From Macrostomum lignano (taxonomy: Eukaryota), in the NCBI GenBank assembly GCA_002269645.1, contig NIVC01004375.1:1-28583 (forward strand): 28,583 nt of DNA, in the 5' to 3' direction. The stretch's first letter is position 1, and the number at the start of each line of letters is the position of its first letter. Below, one piece after another: positions 1 to 11,373 of the stretch. Under the pieces are notes generated by a model, which had not been told where the DNA came from, did not search any database, and saw only the letters and a program-made list of their open reading frames with translations. A program made the position numbers and the translations under genes.

Positions 1-854
1 TCAGTGCGGCCTTGCAAGCCTCATACAGATTTCATCACCACGTCGACCACATGTGTCTGCATCAGCTCTGACTTCGTTGGTCACTGCATGGCCTTCACCC
101 AGGCAGAGATTCGATCCAGTTGTTGACGCTTGCCCACTGTAGAGGCTTGATCAGATACATCAGCGAAATTCGCAAATGTCCAAAGTCACCCATGGTGCCT
201 CTTGTTGAAGGTCCAAGAAGTGTTGATAAATATTACACAGAACTCTACGTACAGATCTGTTCAAAATTTTTACTATTTTAAACGCTCGACAACTCTTTGC
301 TTGCGTTTGAGAGCAGCTAGTCGCGTATTACTGGTATCACTAGTATTACTAATATTTGTACATGTATACAAGTACAACTACACAGTAGTTTTGTCTATGG
401 TGAAACGCTACGATGATACTTTCTTCCTGTCTTCAATACAGTATTACATGTATAATCCGTCTTATCATGGTTGGCTTTATAATCGGGCGTGGCTTCCATG
501 AGCTCAACATTGCTGTAAGGGAGCTGGTGTACATGTAAGCTCCCTAGCTGCAGTCGCCCCTTGAGCCCCGCCCAAAATATTTCTGATCATACATGTGCCT
601 GTATATAGAGGCTTTGCAGTCAGTGCGCATACATGCCAGGTGTTTGTAATAAAGGCTATTAAGCATCCCATGCGCTGCCCGAATGCTCCAATACATGTAC
701 GTAATGGATATCGTTGTCAGATTATCCTGGACAAAAGGCAGGTGTTTGTCACTAGTGTTTTAGCTGTATTAAAGCTATCCATTCAGGCATCCCACGCATT
801 CTGTACCCGCCCATCCCTGCATTTACCTGTATAGATTCGGGCTCGCATGTATAA

Positions 855-1132
855 CTAGGTGTCCTGTGCATACTTTAGCTTTATGCAGAGTAGCTGACCA
901 CGCCCTTTACAGCCTGAGCAGTGAGCCTGGGGAGGAGGCCAATCTACAGCTCGTAGGTTGTTGGGAGCGATCACGCAGTCCCTTTGAAGACTAGACGAGG
1001 TAGAGGAAGACGAGAGGACAGATTTCGGGCGTAACGGGATGGGGAAGAGCAGACTGTTGATTAGGGCGTCTCCGAAAGCTCCAATTTCGGGGATTAACGA
1101 ACTGGCCGGGGATGGAACAAGATGAGACTCAT
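855..1132 (-). other. Possible coding exon of an unidentified minus-strand gene (tentative)
   Basis: Pyrimidine-rich acceptor (catatttcatttcccAG, AG at 1133-1134) followed by 91 open codons in phase 1 (ESHLVPSP...AHCSGCKGRGQLLCIKLKYAQDT*); the other two frames close within 13 codons. A second good acceptor (cctcctccccAG, 927-928) is in the same frame. No partner exons identified. Confidence 0.25.
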
Positions 1133-1153
1133 CTGGGAAATGAAATATGTCTT

Positions 1154-1994
<841 letters not shown>

Positions 1995-2675
1995 ATATCA
2001 ATCGCTGCCCTACAGACAGTCGCACATGCATGCAGTGCAAGAGTCATTCAGTTTTGCCATGCAGCTTCGCAACCCGCTGTGCTATTCTGGCAATAGCGAG
2101 TTGAATTCCATGAAAAAAGGTGTACACTGCAGAGAGAAGGAGACAGGGCAGTCTGCAAGGCGGTTATTAAGTGTTTGCTGCAGTGTGTATAATAAATACG
2201 TGTTTGCTGAGCAAGAAAAAAGTGAGAGTTTGATAAAAAAAGTATGCTGCGTGCGGTCGAGTTTGAGCCGTGAGTTGCAACTCATCTCCAATCCATTGGC
2301 GCCAAAAAGCCAGCAAGCATTCATTATTTGAATAGAAACAAATTCATATTGTATTTTGGCGTGTTGAGTCTGCATAGACGAAAGCTAAAATGGGTTAACA
2401 CAATGTCTATTATATTATTGTGTGCGTGTATGGGTGACTATTGCTGTCGCTCAGCACCTGGTGTGTCAAATTAATGCATCTTATGCAGCTGCATAAAGGT
2501 GCGGCCTTGTAATTACCACAAGACAACTGCCTGAATGTGAAGAATGCATGCATGCTATGCACTGTGTTTTAGAGATTTGTACGAATTTGCGTCAGTTTTA
2601 TTTTGTAATGCAGATTTAGACTTGTGTTTATGAGGCGCTTTGCTTTCAAATCGCCGCCATAAAAAGTTAGAGAGA

Positions 2676-3470
2676 GGCGCCCACCATGAGACAGGGGGCG
2701 CCCACCAAGAGACAGGAGCGCCCACCAAGAGACAGGGGCACCCCACCAAGGGACAGGAGCGCCCACCAAGGGACAGGAGCGCCCACCAAAGAACAGGAGC
2801 GCCCACCAAGGGACAGGAGCGCCCACCAAGGACAGGAGCGCCCTCCAAGGGACAGGAGCGCCCACCAAGGGACAGGAGCGCCCTCCAAGGGACAGGAGCG
2901 CCCACCAAGGGACAGGAGCGCCCTCCAAGGGACAGGAGCGCCCTCCAAGGGACAGGAGCGCCCACCAAGGGACAGGAGCGCCCACCAAGGGACAGGAGCG
3001 CCCACCAAGGGACAGGAGCGCCCACCAAGGACAGGAGCGCCCTCCAAGGGACAGGAGCGCCCACCAAGGGACAGGAGCGCCCACCAAGGGACAGGAGCGC
3101 CCACCAAGGGACAGGAGCGCCCACCAAGGGACAGGAGCGCCCTCCAAGGGACAGGAGCGCCCACCAAGGGACAGGAGCGCCCTCCAAGGGACAGGAGCGC
3201 CCACCAAGGGACAGGAGCGCCCACCAAGGGACAGGAGCGCCCACCAAGGGACAGGAGCGCCCACCAAGGACAGGAGCGCCCTCCAAGGGACAGGAGCGCC
3301 CACCAAGGACAGGAGCGCCCTCCAAGGGACAGGAGCGCCCACCAAGGGACAGGAGCGCCCTCCAAGGGACAGGAGCGCCCTCCAAGGGACAGGAGCGCCC
3401 ACCAAGGGACAGGAGCGCCCACCAAGGACAGGAGCGCCCTCCAAGGGACAGGAGCGCCCACCAAGAGAGA
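2676..3470. repeat. Minisatellite, 19-20 bp unit GGGACAGGAGCGCCC(A/T)CCAA, ~40 units
   Basis: Direct tandem repetition with interspersed variants (CCCACC/CCCTCC; GG/GGG). Confidence 0.98.
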
Positions 3471-4230
3471 CAAATATTGGTTCCCCTAAAGGTTGCGGCC
3501 GCTCTTGTCAGCTGTCCGTGGCAGTCGATTTGGCATTTTTGTCAAATAATGTGCATTAAATTACATAAATTTGAAATCCCATCAAACGATAAGAGAGCTG
3601 GTAGTTGGGTCAGTTGGATAAATTGAAACTTATCAGCCGGTTGAATAATTGTAACAAACGATAAAAAAACTTTCTAATTATTAGAGAAATCTGATCCTGA
3701 TTAAAGATTCTTAATTATATTCATCAAATTCAAGCTTCAGGTGCTCAGGTGGGATTAACCATTTTTTGATAGAAATTATTTGGTTTTTTAATCTTGCATA
3801 CACAACATGGGCAGTCCGCCCTAAAGAAGTCGGAATTAAACTTAAAAAATCATTTTCAACTCTCTCTGAACCAAAGTACATTCATACAGTTACTAGACAC
3901 GAACAGGAATTAGCAATCAGTTTAATTAACTTCAATCAAAGCTCAAACGCGCTGAACCCGAGCCACTCCACTCACTGTATGCAGCATTGCTCTCGATGGG
4001 ATGTTTTTCTGCAAATGAAATGAAATCTGCCTTCCCAATTCTTCCCGCACCTGCAAACGCGCGCGAATCCATGCAGCCTCCTCCTCTCATCATCATCAAC
4101 GGATTGCATGGCAGTTCCGCTCGCTCAGTCAGCCTCTTTTTGTAAAACCGAGAGAGACGAGAGAGAGAGAGAAGAGAGGCAGGTACTGGGGATGCGCAAT
4201 CGAATGTAGCCAGTGTACTCGAGGACTGGA

Positions 4231-4349
4231 CCAAGGAGCCCCAAAATCAAAACCTGGAGTGATTCATTTCTAGACACTTCAGTCAGCCGCTAGTTGTCTA
4301 AAAAACAGGCTCTGTCCGAGCTCCAGGTTTTAGGTCCGGGCCTCCTTGG
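4231..4349. repeat. Short imperfect inverted repeat (hairpin or MITE-like, 119 bp)
   Basis: ccaaggagccccaaaatcaaaacctggag (4231-4259) pairs with ctccaggttttaggtccgggcctccttgg (4321-4349); inner tttctagaca/tgtctaaaaa also complementary; no TSD seen. Confidence 0.5.
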
Positions 4350-4870
4350 ACGCTGAGGGCAGCAACACAGCAGCCAGTCAACCCCACCTCAGAGAGTGAT
4401 GAGGCAGGTGGGGAAAGAGGTTTGCTCTCAGTATAAATTCAGTTCCAGCTTACATCCGATCTCGGCGACAGAGGAAATTGTTAATAGTTGTTGGAACAAT
4501 CGAAATATATATATGTAGAGTTGTAAAATTTCAAAGGTAAGCTGTAATTTTACTGTTGTGTGTTTGCACTTCTAACAATCGAAATTGCACAGACCGTTGG
4601 TGTTTCAACTGTTGGATAGAGCGTTGGTTGAAATTATTAATAATATTTTAATCAGCAGTTGAACCACTGACGCGTCTGAATTCGATAATCTGCGAGTTTT
4701 TTTGGTACAAACTGTTCTTTATATACTCGAGTTGGAAATTTTCCCTGATTGCAGTGTTGAAAAAATTTAGCTTAAATTTAATCACCTTTCAATTATAGAC
4801 TGAGGGGTGATCTTCTGAAAAACAATGCTCTATTATATATATTCCTTCGAAGTATATAGTATACGGTTGA

Positions 4871-5960
4871 GTAGAAAAGGTAGACGGTAGACAGGGTAGA
4901 ATGTAGATAGGGTAGACAGTAGACAGGGTTGAATGTAGATAGGGTAGAGAGTAGACAGGGTAGAATGTAGATAGGGTAGACAGTAGACAGGGTAGAATGT
5001 AGATAGGGTAGACAGTAGACAGGGTTGAATGTAGATAGGTTAGAGAGTAGACAGGGTAGAATGTAGATAGGGTAGACAGTAGACAGGGTAGAATGTAGAT
5101 AGGGTAGACAGTAGACAGGGTAGAATGTAGATAGGGTAGACAGTAGACAGGGTAGAATGTAGATAGGTTAGAGAGTAGACAGGGTAGAATGTAGATAGGG
5201 TAGACAGTAGACAGGGTTGAATGTAGATAGGGTAGACAGTAGACAGGGTTGAATGTAGATAGGGTAGACAGTAGACAGGGTAGAATGTAGATAGGTTAGA
5301 GAGTAGACAGGGTAGAATGTAGATAGGTTAGAGAGTAGACAGGGTAGAATGTAGATAGGGTAGACAGTAGACAGGGTTGAATGTAGATAGGGTAGACAGT
5401 AGACAGGGTTGAATGTAGATAGGGTAGACAGTAGACAGGGTTGAATGTAGATAGGGTAGACAGTAGACAGGGTAGAATGTAGATAGGGTAGACAGTAGAC
5501 AGGGTTGAATGTAGATAGGGTAGACAGTAGACAGGGTTGAATGTAGATAGGGTAGACAGTAGACAGGGTAGAATGTAGATAGGGTAGAGAGTAGACAGGG
5601 TAGAATGTAGATAGGTTAGAGAGTAGACAGGGTAGAATGTAAGGGTAGACAGTAGACAGTGTAGAATGTAGATAGGGTAGAGAGTAGACAGGGTGGAGTG
5701 CAGATAGGTAGGGTAGATAGGGTAGATAGTGTAGTGTAGAGTGTAGATAAGGCAGAGAGTAGATAGGGTAGAGTGTAGATAGGGTGTAGCGTAGATAGGG
5801 TAGAGAGTGGATAGGGTAGAGTGTAGATAGGGTGTAGCGTAGATAGGGTAGAGAGTGGATAGACCAGGTAGAATGCAGATATTGTACGAGTAGAGTAGAT
5901 GGTGTCGAGAGTAGATAAGGCTGAGAGTAGATACGGCTGAGAGTAGATAAGTAGAGGGCA
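4871..5960. repeat. Minisatellite, 32-bp unit GTAGACAGGGTAGAATGTAGATAGGGTAGACA, degenerating after ~5700
   Basis: About 25 homogeneous units built from ~10-11 bp GTAGAYAGG subunits, followed by a decayed tail. Confidence 0.97.
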
Positions 5961-6474
5961 GTAGGTGTAGAAGGTCAGAAGCAGTTACCAGTTACCCATT
6001 AAAGACCCCACATGCAGTTAAACCCTAAACAGAAAAAACTCAGTCAAAAGCAGTCATAAAATCAGTTTTATATCAATAAAAAACCTTTGTTCACAAAATA
6101 AGAAAATTAAATTAGCGGTGCTCATCATTATCCGTTAGCAACAATATTTATTAAATAGGTTAACAGTAGTTCAATAAGAAACAAGAGCTGCTTACTGCAT
6201 TAACACTGACATTAGCATCTTTCCACGAAAAAACCACACTCATCCTATTGTACTCACTAGCGCAAATTGCTACTAACTAAGTAGCACAAATAGGAAATAG
6301 GTGCTTGTACGCCGCGTCAATCAGATAAATGTGCAGTTGAAATTTCTGTTATACATACAAATGTAATATTACCGTTTTCATTCCTACACTTTGCTAATAC
6401 GGCACAAAATCAATTGTGTTCAGCATTGCGATGAAGAGGGGCGACAAGAGGTGGATAAGGTGGAAAAGAGATCG

Positions 6475-6865
6475 GGATGAGGTGGGGAAGAAATAGGGAG
6501 GATGTAGGGATGAGATGGGGAAGAGATGTGATGAGATAAGGATGAGATGAGGAAGAAATTTGATGAGATAGGACTGAGATTGGGAAGAGATGGGGATAAT
6601 ATGGGAAAAGATGGGGATAAGATAGGAAGAGATGGGAAGAGATGGGGATAAGATAGGAAGAGATGGGGAAGAGATGTGATAAGATAAGGATGAGATGGGG
6701 AAGAAATGTGATGAGATAGGGGTGAGATGGGAAGAGATGGGGATAAGATGGGAAGAGATGGGAAGAGATGGGGAAGAGATGGGAAGAGATGGGGATAAGA
6801 TGGGAAGAGATGGGAAGAGATGGGAAGAGATGGGGATAAGATGGGGAAGAGATTGGGATGAGGTG
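6475..6865. repeat. Degenerate purine-rich ~10-bp repeat (GATGGGAAGA/GATGGGGATAA)
   Basis: Tandem G/A-rich units with strong strand asymmetry. Confidence 0.92.
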
Positions 6866-7305
6866 GGGCTGAGGAGTGGCCATGGCCATCGCTCAGGAAT
6901 GATAGCAAAGTATTTGACAATACCAGTTAAATGAAGTTAGTATACAATAGTACGGGAAAAGTACACAGCGGCTAGCAACAGCAATAATTAAAAGTACAAA
7001 CAAGCAGATAAAACAGGTTTAAGCAGAGACGGGCAGCACCAAACCAGCAGGCACGATGAGGGCACAGAGGAGGAAGAAACACAGTTGTAATAAATTCTAA
7101 AATAAACAAATTGAAAAATGCTACAAGTATGAAAGCAAGACACTAAGCATTCGGCCGCAAGTACCTTTTGATAAAAATTGCTTTGGAATATTCTCGCTTT
7201 AGGTATTGGGAATGGATTAATTAGGTGACACCAGACAACCTAATTGCCTCTAGGAGCAGATGACTATCTGAAATGTTTTATTATTACTAAGATAGATGCT
7301 TCATA

Positions 7306-8291
7306 AATCTCAGGATCGGGTTTGATAATCTTATGAACGAGTTTGATAATCTCAGGATCGGGTTTGATAATCTTATGAACGAGTTTGATAATCTCAGGAT
7401 CGGGTTTGATAATCTTATGAACGAGTTTGATAATCTCAGGATCGGGTTTGATAATCTTATGAACGAGTTTGATAATCTCAGGATCGGGTTTGATAATCTT
7501 ATGAACGAGTTTGATAATCTCAGGATCGGGTTTGATAATCTTATGAACGAGTTTGATAATCTCAGGATCGGGTTTGATAATCTTATGAACGAGTTTGATA
7601 ATCTCAGGATCGGGTTTGATAATCTTATGAACGAGTTTGATAATCTCAGGATCGGGTTTGATAATCTTATGAACGAGTTTGATAATCTCAGGATCGGGTT
7701 TGATAATCTTATGAACGAGTTTGATAATCTCAGGATCGGGTTTGATAATCTTATGAACGAGTTTGATAATCTCAGGATCGGGTTTATTGATAATCTTATG
7801 AAGAGTCTGATAATCTCAGGATCGGGTTTGATAATCTTACGATCGGGATTGGTAACCTTATGAACAGATTTGATAATCTCACGATCGGGTTAGATAATCT
7901 TACGATCAGATGGGATTATCTCATGATCCATGTTGAATAATCTCATGATTGAGTTTGATAATCTCATTATCAGGTTGAATAGTCTCACGATTGGGTTTGA
8001 TAATCACATGATCGGGTTGGATAATCTCATGATTAGATTGGATAATCTCGGGTTAGGTAATCTCACGATCAGATTGTATAATCTCATGATTAGATTGGAT
8101 AATCTCGGGTTAAGTAATCTCACGAACAGATTGTATAATCTCATGATCAGATTGTATAATCTTATGATCAGATTGGATAATCTTACGATCAGATTGGATA
8201 ATCTTATGATCAGATTGGATAACTTTACGATCAGATTAGATAATCTCACGATCGGGTTTGATAATCTCATGATCAGATTAGATAATCTCGC
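7306..8291. repeat. 21-bp minisatellite with a homogenised 42-bp dimer (7306-~7790) and diverged monomers (~7790-8291)
   Basis: (GTTTGATAATCTCAGGATCGG)(GTTTGATAATCTTATGAACGA) repeated ~11.5 times identically, then variable GATAATCTYAYGATCAGATTG monomers. Confidence 0.97.
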
Positions 8292-8343
8292 TTAGGTTAA
8301 ATATCTCACAGCTTTTGATTCTGTTAAGCTTGCGCCCGTTTCC

Positions 8344-8370
8344 GGTTAGCAACCAGGTTGTCACGGCAAC
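8344..8370. promoter_or_regulatory. RFX X-box-like motif with an adjacent half site
   Basis: GTTGTCACGGCAAC (8357-8370) resembles the X-box palindrome GTTGCCATGGCAAC; GGTTAGCAAC at 8344-8353. Sequence match only. Confidence 0.3.
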
Positions 8371-8795
8371 CGATAAACAAAAAGTGTCTTAACAAGTTTT
8401 TGTATGAAAATTTCAAAAATTAAAATGAAATTTAAATTAAATAATTTACATACAATACGATAATGAAAGGTATGGATTCACAGTCCCACTAAGTAAACAT
8501 ACAGATAATATACAATAACTAAATAAATACAAAATAATGTACCGCTACTACTATTACTACTACTATGTAATGAGAACTGTGAGTAGCATCATTCGCGCTT
8601 ATGATAGATTTAATAAAAAATGATACATGTTCTCATAAAAATGAGTAGGCGCAGTGACTGATTTTTGTTATTTATCATCATTACAAAAAGACAACAAATT
8701 AAAATAAATTCGCTAAATCTTAAGTTGGGCTGTATTTTTTAAACAAATCACCTAAATAAAAAGTTGATAAATGTTAATCGCTTTGGCTACGTAGA

Positions 8796-9272
8796 TTAAA
8801 ACGACAGAACTCTGCGTTCGATATCGTCTTCGTTGTAGTCAGTCAGAGCGTTGGACACGTCCTGCAGTGGAGACAGCGGCTGCTGGTGCTGCAGTCCAAC
8901 AGGTGCATTGCCGAATGCCATGCTGCCTGGTCGGCTGCTCAGGGTTTCCATACTGGCTCTGGGTGCGACACCGATTCCATGGGGCACTGCCTGTGCATTA
9001 ATAACTGGCGCCCCCCTAGCGCTGTTGCTATGCGGATAATGAGTCAGGCGTCGAATTGGCTGAGGCACAGAATGAGGAGGCAGCATTGAATGCCTCAGAG
9101 TTGGCTGCGGCTGTGGAGTCTGAGTGCTGTTGAAGGCGAAAGGCTCGTTAGGGCTGGGCACCTGCTGCTGCTGCTGTTGTTGGTCTCGGCGAAGATAGTG
9201 AACTGTTGGCTGAGTCTGCGGTGGCGGAGGCAGCAGGGGCTCCATCTGGCCTGCTGGACCTCCGATAACTGC
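8796..9272 (-). CDS. ZDHHC8: ZDHHC5/8-like palmitoyltransferase, coding exon 5 (terminal; Pro/Gln-rich tail ending ...RRVLSF*)
   Basis: Acceptor ctctctgtttacAG (9273-9274), phase 0, matches exon 4; 158 codons to TAA at 8796-8798. Confidence 0.8.
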   Translation of the reverse strand, partial: AVIGGPAGQMEPLLPPPPQTQPTVHYLRRDQQQQQQQVPSPNEPFAFNSTQTPQPQPTLRHSMLPPHSVPQPIRRLTHYPHSNSARGAPVINAQAVPHGIGVAPRASMETLSSRPGSMAFGNAPVGLQHQQPLSPLQDVSNALTDYNEDDIERRVLSF

Positions 9273-9276
9273 CTGT

Positions 9277-10015
9277 AAACAGAGAGCGTACATTGGGGTG
9301 GTGGGGCAGGGTTAGGAAACAGAGAGCGTACACTGGGGTGGTGGGGCTGGGTTAGGAAACAGAGAGCGTACATTGGGGTGGTGGGGCAGGGTTAGGAAAC
9401 AGAGAGCGTACATTGGGGTGGTGGGGCAGGGTTAGGAAACAGAGAGCGTACACTGGGGTGGTGGGGCTGGGTTAGGAAACAGAGAGCGTACATTGGGGTG
9501 GTGGGGCAGGGTTAGGAAACAGAGAGCGTACATTGGGGTGGTGGGGCAGGGTTAGGAAACAGAGAGCGTACACTGGGGTGGTGGGGCTGGGTTAGGAAAC
9601 GGAGAGCGTACATTGGGGTGGTGGGGCAGGGTTAGGAAACAGAGAGCGTACATTGGGGTGGTGGGGCAGGGTTAGGAAACAGAGAGCGTACATTGGGGTG
9701 GTGGGGCAGGGTTAGGAAACAGAGAGCGTACACTGGGGTGGTGGGGCTGGGTTAGGAAACGGAGAGCGTAAATTGGGGTGGTGGGGCTGGGTTAGGAAAC
9801 GGAGAGCGTAAATTGGGGTGGTGGGCTGGGTTAGGAAACGGAGAGCGTAAATTGGGGTGGTGAGGCTGGTTTAGGAAACAGAAAGCGTACATTGGGGTGG
9901 TGAGGCTGGTTTAGGAAACAGAGAGCGTACATTGGGGTGGTGAGGCTGGTTTAGGAAACAGAAAGCGTACATAAATGCTGGGTTAGGAAACAGTGTACAT
10001 TGGGGTGGAGGGGCA
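9277..10015. repeat. 40-bp G-rich minisatellite in ZDHHC intron 4 (AGAGAGCGTACATTGGGGTGGTGGGGCAGGGTTAGGAAAC), ~18 units
   Basis: Tandem units with A/B variants in an ABA-type 120-bp period; the array abuts the 3' splice site. Confidence 0.98.
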
Positions 10016-10348
10016 TGGGAGTTGCATTCTAATTTAGTAATTTCGTTTTATGTAAGAAAAAAAATAAAAAGCAGTATTAACGCGGCACCTCATTTGAAAC
10101 ACTAGCTCCAATTCATAGATTACATAGTAAACAACGTTCTTTAATACCATATAGATAAGAGATAAACTACTACAAATACTAGTCTAAACTGAATCTACAA
10201 TTCAGACGCAACAGAAAGTTCTCTCTATTTCTTGGCTTTTGCAAATAGATTTACACAGTCAGGCTCTATCTAACAAGCTCTGCTCAGACCCCCGCTACAC
10301 TGAGAATGGGTAACGACATTGGAGTACTTTGATTGCTAAATAGCTCAC

Positions 10349-10714
10349 ACTGACGGGTCTCGGTCTGGGCGATGCATAAGCTCCATTTGTAGGCACAGGC
10401 GGTCTGGCACTTGGCATAGGCAAATCTTTTTGTTGATTATCATCTTTAGCACTAGAATTGGCGCCAACTGTGGTCGCGGGTTCGTACGCCGTTTCGTAAG
10501 CGATCTTATCGCCCTCGGCGTCAACTTGATAGTGCAGCAGGCTTGCGCGGTTCTCTGGCAGCTTCTTAGCTGCGGAAGTGCCGGACGCCACTGAGGTTGG
10601 TCGCTTCTTGAACGGTCGAACCGGGTAGGGGAACTGGGAGCCGCACAGGGTCTGCAGACAGTTTTTGCTGCAGCCCTCATCGAACGGATTCTCTACGTCG
10701 TATTTGTGAGTGAC
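10349..10714 (-). CDS. ZDHHC8: ZDHHC5/8-like palmitoyltransferase, coding exon 4 (VTHKYDVENPFDEGCSKNCLQTLC...RPRPVS)
   Basis: Acceptor AG at 10715-10716, donor GTGAGC at 10348; 366 nt, phase 0/0; contains the NPFxxG..N...LC C-terminal (PaCCT-region) motif. Confidence 0.9.
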
Positions 10715-10786
10715 CTGTCATGCGTGGGAGGGTTTGGCTTGCTGGCTCTGCGAGGATTAAGGCTTGAGCTAATTAGGGATCCGAAA

Positions 10787-11037
10787 GGCTGGCCCAGCAA
10801 CTGAGGATCTGGGAGGCTGGCCTAGCAACTGAGGATCTGGGAAGCTGGCCCTGCAACTGAGGATCTGGGAGGCTGGCCTAGCAACTGAGGATCTGGGAGG
10901 CTGGCCTAGCAACTGAGGATCTGGGAGGCTGGCCCAGCAACTGAGGATCTGGGAGGCTGGCCCAGCAGCTGAGGATCTGGGAGGCTGGTCTAGCAACTCA
11001 GGATCTGGGAGGCTGGAGGCCCAGCAACTGAGGATCT
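10787..11037. repeat. 28-bp minisatellite in ZDHHC intron 3 (GGCTGGCCCAGCAACTGAGGATCTGGGA), ~9 units
   Basis: Direct tandem repetition filling most of the 346-bp intron. Confidence 0.97.
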
Positions 11038-11060
11038 TTTGAAATCGAAAAAACACTCAC

Positions 11061-11373
11061 CTGCTCATTAGTAGTAACGCCCTTGCTAATCAGGTAGATG
11101 TGGAAGCCGGTAAGGCCAGCAATGGGAAAGACCAGCAGCCCGGCAACGCACACAATCACTATGGCAACGATGGGACCAACTTGACGCAAATTTTCCCTAT
11201 GCTGCACAACAAAGTAGATGCTAGCAGCCAGCACAGAGATTGTGTGGGCGGTCAGAGATGACAGGAAGAAGAAGAATGCTCTGTAGTTGCGGCGGCCAAT
11301 GCAGTTGTTCACCCACGGGCAGTGATGGTCAAAAGTGTCAATGCAACGATCGCATGAGGAGCAGTGGGAGCAC
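11061..11373 (-). CDS. ZDHHC8: ZDHHC5/8-like palmitoyltransferase, coding exon 3 (DHHC catalytic motif, TM3-TM4, TTxE)
   Basis: Acceptor AG at 11374-11375, donor GTGAGT at 11060; translates (R)[37 protein letters not shown]...GVTTNEQ. Confidence 0.97.

Noticed and set aside
2555-3626. Overlapping 267-328 aa ORFs on both strands
   Set aside because: Translations of the 20-bp minisatellite; frames shift with 19/20-bp unit variants and show no domain features.
6410-6934. Pro/Ser/His/Leu-rich ORFs
   Set aside because: Translations of the GATGGGAAGA low-complexity repeat.
9277-10015. Interstitial telomere (GGGTTAGG in each unit)
   Set aside because: Only one partial TTAGGG-like motif per 40-bp unit, never tandem hexamers.
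10769-11056. 95-aa minus-strand ORF as an extra ZDHHC exon
   Set aside because: It is the intron 3 minisatellite; exons 3 and 4 join in phase as TTNEQ|VT, the conserved family sequence.
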